Origin: Phaeosaccion multiseriatum
Lineage: Eukaryota; Protista; Ochrophyta, other classes
Reading direction: 5' to 3'
Assembly: GCA_965112735.1 (NCBI GenBank)
Contig: OZ218957.1
Coordinates: forward strand, 2,542,001 to 2,606,000
DNA length: 64,000 nucleotides
Part shown: piece by piece, positions 50,677-64,000 of the stretch
Numbering within the stretch: the first letter of the stretch is position 1
Layout: every line of letters begins with the position of its first letter
Program-made: the position numbers and the translations under genes
The notes under the pieces: model-generated
Seen by the model: only the letters and a program-made list of their open reading frames with translations
Databases searched by the model: none
Told to the model about the DNA's origin: nothing

Positions 50677-53600
50677 CCTCCCTCACTACTCCTTGCTCAC
50701 TCACCGGCGGTTGTAAAGTCTGCGCTGTATGCCTGGTCGTGCACCCCCGCCACGGCACGGCCCGAGCAGTCTGAGCAGGCAGATAGGAAGGCAGGCAGAT
50801 AGGAAGGCAGGCAGATAGGTAGGCAGGCAGATAGGTAGGCAGGCAGATAGGAAGGCAGGCAGATAGGTAGGCAGGCAGATGGGAAGGCAGGCAGATAGGA
50901 AGGCAGGCAGATAGGTAGGCAGGCAGATAGGAAGGCAGGCAGATAGGTAGGCAGGCAGATAGGTAGGCAGGCAGATAGGAAGGCAGGCAGATAGGTAGGC
51001 AGGCAGATAGGTAGGCAGGCAGATAGGTAGGCAGGCAGATAGGAAGGCAGGCAGATAGGTAGGCAGGCAGGTAGGTAGGCAGGCAGATAGGTAGGCAGGC
51101 AGATAGGTAGGCAGGCAGATAGGTAGGCAGGCAGATGGGTAGGCAGGCAGATAGGTAGGCAGGCAGATAGGTAGGCAGGCAGATAGGTAGGCAGGCAGAT
51201 AGGTAGGCAGGCAGATAGGTAGGCAGGCAGATAGGTAGGCAGGCAGATAGGTAGGCAGGCAGATAGGTAGGCAGGCAGATAGGTAGGCAGGCAGATAGGA
51301 AGGCAGGCAGATAGGTAGGCAGGCAGATAGGTAGGCAGGCAGATAGGAAGGCAGGCAGATAGGTAGGCAGGCAGATAGGTAGGCAGGCAGATGGGTAGGC
51401 AGGCAGATAGGTAGGCAGGCAGATAGGAAGGCAGGCAGATAGGTAGGCAGGCAGATAGGTAGGCAGGCAGATAGGTAGGCAGGCAGATAGGTAGGCAGGC
51501 AGATAGGTAGGCAGGCAGATAGGTAGGCAGGCAGATAGGTAGGCAGGCAGATAGGAAGGCAGGCAGATAGGTAGGCAGGCAGATAGGTAGGCAGGCAGAT
51601 AGGAAGGCAGGCAGATAGGTAGGCAGGCAGATAGGTAGGCAGGCAGATGGGTAGGCAGGCAGATAGGTAGGCAGGCAGATAGGAAGGCAGGCAGATAGGT
51701 AGGCAGGCAGATAGGTAGGCAGGCAGATAGGTAGGCAGGCAGATAGGTAGGCAGGCAGATAGGTAGGCAGGCAGATAGGTAGGCAGGCAGATAGGTAGGC
51801 AGGCAGATAGGTAGGCAGGCAGATAGGTAGGCAGGCAGATAGGTAGGCAGGCAGATAGGTAGGCAGGCAGATAGGTAGGCAGGCAGATAGGTAGGCAGGC
51901 AGATAGGTAGGCAGGCAGATAGGTAGGCAGGCAGATAGGTAGGCAGGCAGATAGGTAGGCAGGCAGATAGGTAGGCAGGCAGATAGGAAGGCAGGCAGAT
52001 AGGTAGGCAGGCAGATAGGTAGGCAGGCAGATGGGTAGGCAGGCAGATAGGTAGGCAGGCAGATAGGAAGGCAGGCAGATAGGTAGGCAGGCAGATAGGT
52101 AGGCAGGCAGATAGGTAGGCAGGCAGATAGGTAGGCAGGCAGATAGGTAGGCAGGCAGATAGGTAGGCAGGCAGATAGGTAGGCAGGCAGATAGGTAGGC
52201 AGGCAGATAGGTAGGCAGGCAGATAGGTAGGCAGGCAGATAGGAAGGCAGGCAGATAGGTAGGCAGGCAGATAGGTAGGCAGGCAGATAGGAAGGCAGGC
52301 AGATAGGTAGGCAGGCAGATAGGTAGGCAGGCAGATGGGTAGGCAGGCAGATAGGTAGGCAGGCAGATAGGTAGGCAGGCAGATAGGTAGGCAGGCAGAT
52401 AGGTAGGCAGGCAGATAGGTAGGCAGGCAGATAGGTAGGCAGGCAGATAGGTAGGCAGGCAGATAGGTAGGCAGGCAGATAGGTAGGCAGGCAGATAGGT
52501 AGGCAGGCAGATAGGTAGGCAGGCAGATAGGAAGGCAGGCAGATAGGTAGGCAGGCAGATAGGTAGGCAGGCAGATGGGTAGGCAGGCAGATAGGTAGGC
52601 AGGCAGATAGGAAGGCAGGCAGATAGGTAGGCAGGCAGATAGGTAGGCAGGCAGATAGGTAGGCAGGCAGATAGGTAGGCAGGCAGATAGGTAGGCAGGC
52701 AGATAGGTAGGCAGGCAGATAGGTAGGCAGGCAGATAGGTAGGCAGGCAGATAGGTAGGCAGGCAGATAGGTAGGCAGGCAGATAGGTAGGCAGGCAGAT
52801 AGGTAGGCAGGCAGATAGGTAGGCAGGCAGATAGGTAGGCAGGCAGATAGGTAGGCAGGCAGATAGGTAGGCAGGCAGATAGGTAGGCAGGCAGATAGGT
52901 AGGCAGGCAGATAGGTAGGCAGGCAGATAGGTAGGCAGGCAGATAGGTAGGCAGGCAGATAGGTAGGCAGGCAGATAGGAAGGCAGGCAGATAGGTAGGC
53001 AGGCAGATAGGTAGGCAGGCAGATAGGAAGGCAGGCAGATAGGTAGGCAGGCAGATAGGTAGGCAGGCAGATGGGTAGGCAGGCAGATAGGTAGGCAGGC
53101 AGATAGGAAGGCAGGCAGATAGGTAGGCAGGCAGATAGGTAGGCAGGCAGATAGGAAGGCAGGCAGATAGGTAGGCAGGCAGATAGGTAGGCAGGCAGAT
53201 AGGAAGGCAGGCAGATAGGTAGGCAGGCAGATAGGTAGGCAGGCAGATGGGTAGGCAGGCAGATAGGTAGGCAGGCAGATAGGAAGGCAGGCAGATAGGT
53301 AGGCAGGCAGATAGGTAGGCAGGCAGATAGGTAGGCAGGCAGATAGGTAGGCAGGCAGATAGGTAGGCAGGCAGATAGGTAGGCAGGCAGATAGGTAGGC
53401 AGGCAGATAGGTAGGCAGGCAGATAGGTAGGCAGGCAGATAGGTAGGCAGGCAGATAGGTAGGCAGGCAGATAGGTAGGCAGGCAGATAGGTAGGCAGGC
53501 AGATAGGTAGGCAGGCAGATAGGTAGGCAGGCAGATAGGAAGGCAGGCAGATAGGTAGGCAGGCAGATAGGTAGGCAGGCAGATGGGTAGGCAGGCAGAT

Positions 53601-56600
53601 AGGTAGGCAGGCAGATAGGTAGGCAGGCAGATAGGTAGGCAGGCAGATAGGTAGGCAGGCAGATAGGTAGGCAGGCAGATAGGTAGGCAGGCAGATAGGT
53701 AGGCAGGCAGATAGGTAGGCAGGCAGATAGGTAGGCAGGCAGATAGGTAGGCAGGCAGATAGGTAGGCAGGCAGATAGGTAGGCAGGCAGATAGGTAGGC
53801 AGGCAGATAGGTAGGCAGGCAGATAGGAAGGCAGGCAGATAGGTAGGCAGGCAGATAGGTAGGCAGGCAGATAGGAAGGCAGGCAGATAGGTAGGCAGGC
53901 AGATAGGTAGGCAGGCAGATGGGTAGGCAGGCAGATAGGTAGGCAGGCAGATAGGAAGGCAGGCAGATAGGTAGGCAGGCAGATAGGTAGGCAGGCAGAT
54001 AGGTAGGCAGGCAGATAGGTAGGCAGGCAGATAGGTAGGCAGGCAGATGGGTAGGCAGGCAGATAGGTAGGCAGGCAGATAGGAAGGCAGGCAGATAGGT
54101 AGGCAGGCAGATAGGTAGGCAGGCAGATAGGTAGGCAGGCAGATAGGTAGGCAGGCAGACCACAAGCAAGGGGGTGGGAGGGAGGCGTTGAGCAAAGGAG
54201 CAAGCACGGAGCGGAGCAGCAGAAGCGTGTGCGTGTTTGTACGCCATTTCTCATGCACGCACACGCACACACACAATCCTACTCACACACACCCATTCAC
54301 AAATACACACATTCACACACACACGCACATACACACACGCACACACACAATCCTCCATTCACAAATACACACATTCACACACACACGCACATACACACAC
54401 GCACACGCACACGCACACACACACACACACATACACACACGCACACACAAACGCCCTTCCCACCTGCTCTGCCCTGGAAGGACTCGTCCCATGCGATGGC
54501 TCGTGCCGTGCTGCAGGCGATGGAGGGCCCACCGGGGACGGTGTTGGCGGCTACAGGCCCAGGGTAGAACTCCTCGAAGTACCTGGTGTCAGGAAAGGAG
54601 GGAGTGGGGAGGGAGGGAGGGAGAGAGGGAGGGGGGGTGAGAAAGGAGGGAAGGAAGGCGCCATAGGGAAGGCACCGTACGGCACGGCATCCATCCTCAT
54701 TACTCACTGACACGGACGTACACTCACAGTCCTGGCGCCCATCCATTTACTGTCCTGACACTCATTCACTCACTGTCCCGACACCCACCCACTCCCTGTC
54801 CTGACACCACTGACTCACATGCGGTACAGATAGGCCTCCTTGGTGCCGGGGGGGTTGTCGGGGAAGCGGTGGGTGCGAGACTCGAACATGGTGTCCGTTA
54901 CGTGCTGCACATCCCACGCGAGGGAGAGAAGGAGGAAGGGCGAGAGAGAGAGAGAGAGACAGAGGGAGAAGGGATGGAAGGCAAGTCAGGCCACAGAGCG
55001 AGAGAGAAGGGATGGAAAGCACGTCAGGCCAGGTGTGCTACTACCTTCCCACACGCGGGATAAGAGAGAGCATACGATTCACCCACCCACTCACTCACTC
55101 ACTCACCCACCCACTCCCTCACTCCCTCCCCCCTCCCCTCACTCACCGCCTCCGCATTGTCTCTGAGCGCGTCGATCCATCCGTAGCCCACCCCGTCTGA
55201 GAACTGCTCCTTCTGCCGCCAGAGGATGTGGTCGGGTAGGTAGGGGTCTCCAGGCTCGTCAAAGGCCTTCCTGATGATATACTTCTCGATGCGGCCCTTC
55301 TCCTGTTGGTCATACAGAGGAGGGAAGGAGGGAGGGAGGGAGGGAGGGAGGGAGGGAGGGAGGGAGAGAGAGAGAGAGGGAGAGAGAGGGAGGGAGGAAG
55401 GGAGGGAGGGAGAGAGGGAGGGAGGGAGGGAGGGAGGGGAGGAGGAGGGGAGGGAGGGAGGGGAGGAGGAGAGAGGGGGAATGGAACAAGAGAGGAGTGA
55501 GAAAGAAGAGAGGGGATGGCTTCAAGGGGAGGGAAAGAGAGCAAAGGGATCGATATCTACTACAACCACAACCACAAACACTAACCATTACGTAACGTTA
55601 CGGAAAAAATCGAATCGCTCGACATACCTTGTCGATCATCTTCTCCTTGGCGTCGATCTGCATGGCCACGTCAAGGAAGTCCTGATCAAGGAAGGGCGTC
55701 CTCGCCTCTACGCCCCACGCACTCGTACTCTTGTTGGCCCGCAGGCAGTCGAACTGGTGCAGTGCTGACACCTTGTCCCTGGGGGGGAGGGGGTGTGGGT
55801 GGGGTGGGTGTGGGTGTGTGGGTGTGGGTGTGACAAAGGTGCGCGAAGGGGAGGAGCCAAACTAAACTCCCTGATGTGACAACTCTCTTTCTCTCTCTCT
55901 GTCCTTACATTCTCTGTGTCCGTCCTGACACACATATACTCTCTCTCTCTCTGCGTCCTGACACTCTTCTACCTACCCCTGTCCTGACACCCTTCACTCA
56001 CTCACCTCGTCTCCTCGAAGAACTCTGTGGGGTTGGGGGCCTTGTGGAAGTACAAGTAGCCGCCGAAGATCTGCAGGCATATGGACATGCGGGCAGGAGG
56101 GCATACGGGTATGGCAGAGGAAGGGAGGGAGAGGGAGAGAGAGGGAGAGAGAGATACATGAGGAAGGAGGAATGAACACCCCATATGCTGCCACGACGAC
56201 ACCTTTAACAGCCCACACTTCCCGACTCACTCACTCACTCACGTACTCCATCCCCCTCTCGCTCCCTCCCTCCCTCTCTCCCTCACCTCGTCCGCCCCCT
56301 CCCCGCTGAGCACCATCTTCATCCCGCAGGCCTTGATCTTCCTGCTCATGAGGAACATGGCAGTGGCGGCTCTGATTGTCGTGACATCATAAGTCTCAAT
56401 GTGATGAATCACCTCCTTTAGGGCATCAAGGCCCTCTTGGATGGTGTATGTGAAGCTGTGGAGGGAGGGGGAAGGGAGGGGAAGAGGAGGGGAGGGGAGC
56501 CGAGAAAAGAAGGGGAGCGAGGGAGGGAGGTGAGGGAGTGAGAGAGAGAGAGAGAGAGAAGAGAGGAAGGAAGAGTCTAACCAACCAATCAACCCACCAA

Positions 56601-56633
56601 TCAACCAGCCAACCAACCAACCAACCAGCCAGC

Positions 56634-56665
<32 letters not shown>

Positions 56666-59600
56666 CAATAACCAAACGAAAAGGAGGAAGGTGTCCGAAC
56701 GCGATTAAAAGACGTGGCGATGTGCCCTCTCTCCCCTCCCTCCCTGCCTACCCATAACACACGCAATCCTTACGTAACGACTTGGTAACCCACAACGTAA
56801 CGTACCTGTGGTGTATGGTACCCAGGAACTTGGCCACATCTGCCGCTGCCTTGAGGTCGGGAGAGTTCTCCAGCCCCACGCAGAACGAGTGCAGCTTGGG
56901 GAACTGCATATTGTCGGCGTTGTGCTTGGCGTATCTGATGGAGGTATATGCGTAGGGGGGATGGCAGTGGATGGGGAGGTGATGAGAGGGGAGATAACAG
57001 CGAGGGGGGGGGGATGGCAGTGGATGGGGAGATGACAAGAGGAGGGATTGGTGTTTGTGGAGGTGAGAGGGGGGGGGATGGCAGTGGATGGGGAGGTGAG
57101 AGGGGGAGGGATGTGGTTGGTCAGAGTTGCACTTGGCGTATCTGTAGGCGGTCTCCCTCCCTCCCTCCCTCCCTCCTTTCTTCCCTCCCTCCCTCACCTC
57201 CCTCACTCACTGACTCACCTCGACGCCACGCTTGCCACTAGTGAGGAGTCAAGCCCGCCGCTCAGCAGCACCCCCCAGGGTACATCACTCATCATGCGTC
57301 TCACCACCGCGCGCGTAAAGGACGCACGCAGATCATGAAGGTCGCAGGGCTAAGGGATAAGGGGTTGGGTGTCAGGACAGGGTGGGTGGGGGGGGGGGGT
57401 CAGGGGGTGAGTGTCAGGACAAGAGGGTGAGTGTGGGTGTACCGAATCGGTGGGTTGGTTCGGCCTCTATCTCTCCCCCCTCCCTGTCTATGCCCGCTTT
57501 CAGCTCTCTCTCTTCTCTCTGTCTTGCTCTCTCCTCTCTCTCTTCTCATCTCTCTCCACTCTCCCTCCCCCCTCTCTCTCCCCTCTCCCCCCCCCCCCTC
57601 TCTCTCCACTTCTCTCTCTCGCTCTCTCTCTCTCCCCTTCTCTCTCTCTCTCTCTCTTGCTCCCCTTCTCTCTCTCTCTCTCTCCCCACTCACCACAGTG
57701 GGTCTATCCTTGACTGTCATATAGAGGGGCGTGTACCATCGAGTAAAGTCCTTGTCCTTGGAGGAGAAGAAGTGCCCAGGGGGGAAGCACCTGTACTGCG
57801 TACAGTCATTCGACAGAGCCTGGAGGGAGGGAGGGCGGGATGGCAGTGGATGGCAGTCGATGGATCGGGTGGTGGGGGTGGCCGTTCATGAATAGAGAAC
57901 TCGATGAACGAGTAAGTAACGAGTGGGTAAGTGATCCATTGCCACCCCCTCCGCCTCCTCCGCCCCCTTCCCACCCTTCCTTCCGCTTCCTTCCCTGTGT
58001 CCCCCTTCCCACTGTATAACAACGCCCTTGCAGCTTATTCCACGCTTCCCACCTTACTTCTTTCCCCGGAACAAAACTATACATACATTTTTATATATAT
58101 ATACGTATTATATGTATATATCCCTTCCTCCCCTTCCTCCCCCTACCTTCATCTCTGAGGCGATCCAAACGGAGCCGTCTGAGGCCCAGCCAATGTAGAG
58201 CGGTACAATGCCCACGTGGTCCCTGGCGGCAAAGAAGGAGTTGTCCCGGGCGTCGTGGATGATGAAGGCGAACATTCCGCGGAGGAGCTTCACGAAGTTG
58301 ATGCCACTTGGGGTACATGGGAGGGGGAGGGGGAGGGGGAGGGGGAGGGGGGTGGAGGGAGGGGCGGGAGAAGGGTCGCCATGAGAACTACGGAACCATG
58401 ACAACTGCGGAACACGCGGAAGAGGGCTAGTGTGAAGAGTCCCCGATGCCGCTGTGCTGTGTGTAGCCTTTTTCTCACAAGTAAGCTCCTTCTCCTCCTC
58501 CTCCTCCTCCTCCTCCTCCTCCTCCTCCTCCTCCTCCTCCTCCTTGACTTACTGCTCGAGGTAGAGAGGGATGAGCACCTCGCAGTCGCTGCCCGTCTTG
58601 GGGGTGTAGTTGGGTACCTCCTGATACTTCTCCTTATAGTTGTAGATCTCTCCGTTCGCTGCCAGCATAATCTTGCCGTCATGGGAGGTCAGGGGCTGAG
58701 GGAGGGATGGGGGATGGCAGTGGACGGGGGAGTGGATGATGGATGGAGGAGTTGAGGTTGGCAAGGGGGGGGGGGGGTGGATGGCAGTCAGTGGAGAGGG
58801 GGCGAGAAGAAGAAGGGACTAGGGTGAGCTCATATAGGCACACCAAACACGCACACGACACAGGCAGGTGGAGGCATATGGGGGCATTGGGGCAGACGTT
58901 TTGCGCAGAGGCGGCGTACGGGCAGGCCGGCATATGGGCAGGCAGGTAGGCAGGAAGGCAGGCATATGGGGAGGCAAGCACACCCACCTGAGCGCCTGAC
59001 TCGGGGTCGATGATGGCAAGGCGCTCGTGGGCCACGCCACTGCGGCCATCGTTGAGCATCCGGTAGCCGGACCAGTCCGGCCCGCGGTGTCGGAGGCTGA
59101 GAGAGGGGAGAGGGAGGGAGGGTGTGGGGGGTAGGCGCGCGGTGTGAGGAGTCGCTGGGTGGAAACAAACAAGAAAAGGGGTGCGTCGGAAGTGGAGAGG
59201 AGTCGGGGCACACTCTACTTGGGGGGAGGTTGCTCAGCAGAGCAGGATGGATGGACCCGAAGGGAAGGCCCCTGTGCTTCCAGAGCGGATGCCTATCTCT
59301 CCAAACAAAGTAGCTTAAACCTCCTCTTCCTTCTCCCCCTTCCATCTCCGGGCACCGCAGGTACACACTCAGCACTCGCAACGTGTCACAGCGCATTTAT
59401 TATCGCCTGCAGCTGGAAGCTCCTCCCACAACCACTCGGTCAGTTCCTCCTCCTCCCCGTAGCATCACTGCGCCTTGTTCCCTATTCCTGTTCGACTGCA
59501 GCCCCGCTCTGCTGCGTGCTCCTTCTCTCTGGCTACAAGAAGCATGCTCAACAAAAGTACCCTAGAGCACCGCAGGATTTTTCTCCTCGTCCCCCTTCTC

Positions 59601-59687
59601 CTCCTACCTCCGCGCGCATGAGATGAGCTTCGCCCTGAGGTCGGCAGGGGTCGACTTGGAGTTAAATATGCCCAAGATCCCACACAT
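50174..59687 (-). CDS. ASNS: Glutamine-dependent asparagine synthetase, about 15 exons
   Basis: MCGILG start, [101 protein letters not shown]. The last exon 50174-50233 is inferred. Confidence 0.95.
50776..54158 (+). repeat. 3.4-kb 16-bp minisatellite (AGGCAGGCAGATAGGT)n inside asparagine synthetase intron 50771-54463
   Basis: Directly visible; essentially two recurrent variant units (..ATAGGA and ..ATGGGT). Confidence 0.98.
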
Positions 59688-60030
59688 GGCGCCTTGTTTC
59701 CTCCTTATTTATGGATTGTTATTTATGGAATGGGGCCCGTGAGCTCAGCCCTCTATATTTACATTCGATACTATCGACACCAAAAGTCGACACACTGGAA
59801 TTTGGGCCTTGATTTTTTTTTTTGCCTTTGATTCATTTCGTACTCCCCAAGAAGAAGGGGAAGAGAGAAGGAGGAGAGCAGGGCAGGAGCAGTGGATGGG
59901 CGGGTGCGGTAGAAAAGCCACGTTGCTAGTGGTAGCGAAGAGATGAGGTGGTAGCGTGATTGTCAGGAGTGGAGAAGGGAAGCCGGGGGAGAGACGAATA
60001 GATCCCAACAGAATCGACAGAGAGTGAGCT

Positions 60031-60544
60031 ATGGCTTCTCTCAAGGCTCTCTTCAACAGCGCCACGGTTGGGGATGGCACACCAGAGGTTGAGGAGAGCA
60101 AGGACGATGGTGCTGCGGCAACATCCCCCATCCATGGCGACAACTTTGAAGCCATGGAGACGGCCACGGGCCAAAAGCAACCTAGGCGAACCGCGTTCAT
60201 GACGGGGATGGGCGGGGGCGGAGGCGGGGACGAGGACCCGATGGGTGCACAGCAGCAGAACAGCAATAATGGCTCCATCGCCATGCGCTCCTTCACGGGG
60301 AGGTCGCAGCGGGAGTACCACGAGCCGGTACCCAACACAATGTACTATCGCAACCAGGGCAGCATCAACGCAATCCCGCTGGTGAGAAGGAAAGCACAGA
60401 GGGTGTGTTCGTGTGGCATCAATAGTAGGGGAGCCGTCCCGCTGGTTTGTGTTTGTGATAAGATGCACAATGCATCAAAGGCGAGGCCATGCCTTGTCGG
60501 GTATGGGTGTGCATAGCGTCAACAGTAGGGAAGCCGTTCTGCTG

Positions 60545-60589
<45 letters not shown>

Positions 60590-62457
60590 TGTGTGTGATC
60601 AGATGTGAAATGGGCGGGCAACAAAGGAAGGGAAGGAAGGAAGCAGCCGAGTGGGAGGCCCCCAGAACACCCAACCCTAAGCAACCCACCCCCTTGCCGT
60701 GCCTGCCCATATTCCTCCTTCTACCTGCCCTCTACCCCCCCCTCTTTCTTCTCTTCTTCTCGCAGCGGCCCAAGCTTTCCGACCTCTTGGCCGGCATCAA
60801 GGCCATTGGTCAGGTGCGTGCCCGTATGCTACCATCATAGTGTATTTCCATCCCCTCCTTGTCGTCGTCTGTCCCTTCTTGGGCCCTCTGCTGCTCCTCC
60901 CCGTCGTCCTCCTCCTCTTCCTCCTTGATGCTGATGGTGATCATGGTCTCTCTGGCCTACTGCAACCGACCTGCCTGCCTACCTACCTAACCTACCCTAA
61001 CCCCTCCCCCTGAGCAGGACGGTGAGGACGGGGGTGTGGAAGGAGGAGGCAGACCGCGGTCCCAGGGAGGAGGGCGTAGCAGCTCAGACATGCCTATGCT
61101 CTTCGACCTTGCGGGGTCAAGTCGGCAAGCCATCGCCCTTGGAAGCAGCAGCAGGGGGGGAGGTGGCGGGGGGGAGGGCGAGGGGGGGCGCGAGCGGGGA
61201 AGAGGCGAGAGACCAGAGAGACAAGCTCGAGGGGACAAGTGGCAGCCTGTCCGGGGGCTTGGGTGCGAGTGGAAGTAACAAGGGGAAAGGGTATGAGTTT
61301 GGTATGTGGGAAGGGGTGTTTATACGCTGTTTGCTCAACATTTGGGGCGTCATGATGTTCCTGCGGTTGAGTTGGGTCGTTGGGGAGGCGGGCATCGGTC
61401 TGGTGAGTGGAATGGAAGAGGGAGAGAGAGGAGGGGAGGGTAGGGGAGGGGAGGGAGAGAGAGAGGGAGAGAGAGAGGGAGGGAGGGCGGGACGGGAGGG
61501 AGGGGTGCAGCTAGACACGATACACGTTTTGGTATGTTGACGTATTGTGAGTGGTGATAACGTCCCTTCTCACGCCTTTGCCATGTCTATTCGCTGCCTT
61601 TTGGACTGCAGGGAGTGGTGGTCGTGCTGCTGGCAGTGACCCTCACCACCCTCACCACCGTCAGTCTCAGCGCCATCTGCACTAACGGGTGAGAGAGTGA
61701 GGCAGGGAGAGAGGGGCGGGGCGGGGGGGGAGAGGGAGGGAGGGAGGGAGGGAAGGAGGGAGAGGGGGAAGGGAGGGAGGGAGGGCGAGAGGGAGATAGA
61801 GGGGAGGGGGTGGAGGGGAGAGGAAGGGAGAGGAGAGGCGAGCCACCCTCTCTGCCACCCACCGCACCCACCCCTTCCACCCACTCACCTCACCAATCCT
61901 ATCCACCCCACCCACCCACTCACCTCACCAATCCTATCCACTCCACTCTTCCTCAGTGAGATCAAAGGCGGGGGTGCTTACTACATGATCAGCCGCAGCC
62001 TGGGCCCCTCCTTCGGCGGCTCCATCGGACTGGCGTTCTACTGCGCCAATAGGTAAGGGTACGTGTTGGTGACTTACGGGAATCACCACATCACACTTGT
62101 ATTTTGGTGACTTACGAGAATCACCACATCGTACATGTATTTTGGCGACTCACGGGAATCACCCCCAAGAATTATATAATTGTGTGTGTGTGTGTGAGGT
62201 CCAGGGTCTTTTCATTCCCTTCCTTATTGACGTAACTGCTCATTGACTTTCTCCTTTGATCCCCTTTCCTTGACTTGTGGCACTGGCCCAGGCCCATGCA
62301 CCTCTCAGCACAGACGTCCTCGTCCTGCGTAGTGCCGGCTGTCATTTGACGTGCTCCGTTGCCCCTCTCCCTCTCATTGACTTATGCGTGCCAACCAAAA
62401 AGCATATCCGTGGCGCTGTACCTCATCGGATTCGCGGAGGCCGTGGGCATCATGCAG

Positions 62458-62497
<40 letters not shown>

Positions 62498-63044
62498 AGA
62501 GTGTTAGAGAGTGGGGGTGTGTGACACACACAGAGAGAGAGCGCGTGTGTGCTGAAAACTCCAACTTCAACCCCTGCACTTGTTCAACTTGAGCTGACCT
62601 CATCCCATCCCCTCACCCCCTCCTCACCCATTCGTGTGTATACATCTATGCCCATCCATTGCCATCCATCCATGCCCATCCATTGCCATCCATCATACAG
62701 GACGGGTCCTACTTGGTCAACCGCACGTGGGATCAAGCCATCTTCGCACTGGGGGCAATGGCGGTGCTCGCTGGGGTGGCCTACGTTGGGGCGGGTGAGA
62801 GGGGCCAAGGGGAGGGAGGGAGGGAGGGAGGGAGGGGAGGACAGCAGCAATAGTAGAGGAAGCTTGATGTACGCACGCTCTCTCCCTCGGTCCGTTCCCG
62901 CCATCGCCTCTCCCACCCACCCCTCCTCACTGACGTCGAGTACCGTACAGTTACACTGCACCCCTCCCTGCACATGCCCAGCCCAACAACTCATACTCGT
63001 GCAATTGACAATGAACGGCTCCATCCCGACCCCCCCCCCTACAC

Positions 63045-63108
<64 letters not shown>

Positions 63109-63806
63109 TTCGAGATCAAAGCCCAGAAGGTGCTCCTGGTGGTCATGACTGGAGCGCTCGTGTCTTACTTCGCAGGGACTTTTGCAGCAGGGGGGGGCGA
63201 TGTAGAGGAGGACGGCATCACGGGATTGAAGGGGGGGACGTTTCGGAGCAATTTCGGGCCCGATTTCAGCTCTGGGGAGAGCTTTGTGACTGTTTTCGGG
63301 GTGTTTTTCCCGGCGGTGACGGGTATTATGGCGGGGGCCAACATCTCTGGCGATCTCAAGGACCCGCAGGTGAGGGGTGTTGGAGGGAGAGAGGGAGGGG
63401 GTTGGGTGGAGGGAGGGAGGGAGGAGGGAGAGGGGGGACACTCACGCTCTGCACTGACACCCCTGTCCTGATACCCACTACCATCCACTGCCATCCACTG
63501 CCATCCACTGCCATCAACCCCCCAACATCCCACCCACCCTCCTAACAGAAAGCGATCCCCAACGGTACTTTCATGGCCATCGCTCTCTCCACCATCGTGT
63601 ACGTGGGTATGGCGTGCACGCTGGGCAGCTCCGTGCAGAGAGACACTCTCAAGGCCTTTGAAGACGCCATTGTTAGTGCAGACATCTCCGCCTTCTCGCC
63701 CCTCGTCTTTGCGGGCATCTTTGCGGCCACGCTCAGCAGGTACATGGGCGGCTGCGTGTGTGGGTGTGGGTGGGTGTGTGTGTATGTGTGTGTGTGTGTG
63801 GCTCTG

Positions 63807-63849
<43 letters not shown>

Positions 63850-63930
63850 GTGTGTGTATGTGTATGTGTATGTGTGTGTATGTGTATGTGTGTGTGTGTG
63901 TGTGTGTGTATGTGTGTGTGTGTATGTGTA

Positions 63931-63963
<33 letters not shown>

Positions 63964-64000
63964 GTGTGTATGTGTGTGTATGTGTGTGTATGTGTATGTG
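60031..64000 (+). CDS. SLC12 cation-chloride cotransporter; 3' part lies beyond the window
   Basis: [41 protein letters not shown]|[49 protein letters not shown]|[16 protein letters not shown]. Confidence 0.95.

Noticed and set aside
50312-54276. Three 1190-1310 aa minus-strand ORFs
   Set aside because: Translations of the 16-bp minisatellite inside an ASNS intron.
59645-59656. CAGGGGTCGACT matching the 46011-46022 element end
   Set aside because: A 12-bp match inside the first ASNS coding exon (KSTPA), most likely chance.

Overview
Gene-dense eukaryotic nuclear DNA with GT-AG introns packed with microsatellites, most likely an ochrophyte (photosynthetic stramenopile); that assignment is inferred from gene content and a signal-peptide-plus-Phe plastid-targeting pattern. 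Host genes supported by motifs: fidgetin-like AAA ATPase, GT60 GlcNAc-transferase, sulfotransferase, ankyrin protein, Tousled-like kinase, VIR3-like HEXXH metalloprotease, RNase H2 subunit C, SCI1-like protein, SmD1, asparagine synthetase and an SLC12 cotransporter. The accessory block at about 9.2-21.2 kb is the most interesting part. It holds a spliced, decaying Fanzor (eukaryotic TnpB-family RNA-guided nuclease) gene at 17513-20356 that still encodes all three RuvC residues and the zinc finger. Its frame can be rebuilt by removing two introns, one inverted duplication and a 198-bp TG..CA insertion with a 4-bp target-site duplication (TSD), and by correcting one frameshift. Upstream lie two more diverged fragments that appear paralogous to its N-terminus. 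All three copies are folded back into long hairpins, and they follow a 5.76-kb (GAGT/GACT)n satellite that has the full anatomy of an intron. My working hypothesis (inference) is a spliced hairpin-RNA cluster directed against a Fanzor-carrying element family. A fourth fold-back sits in a Copia-like gag relic near 37.7 kb. All gene models and alignments were made by eye.
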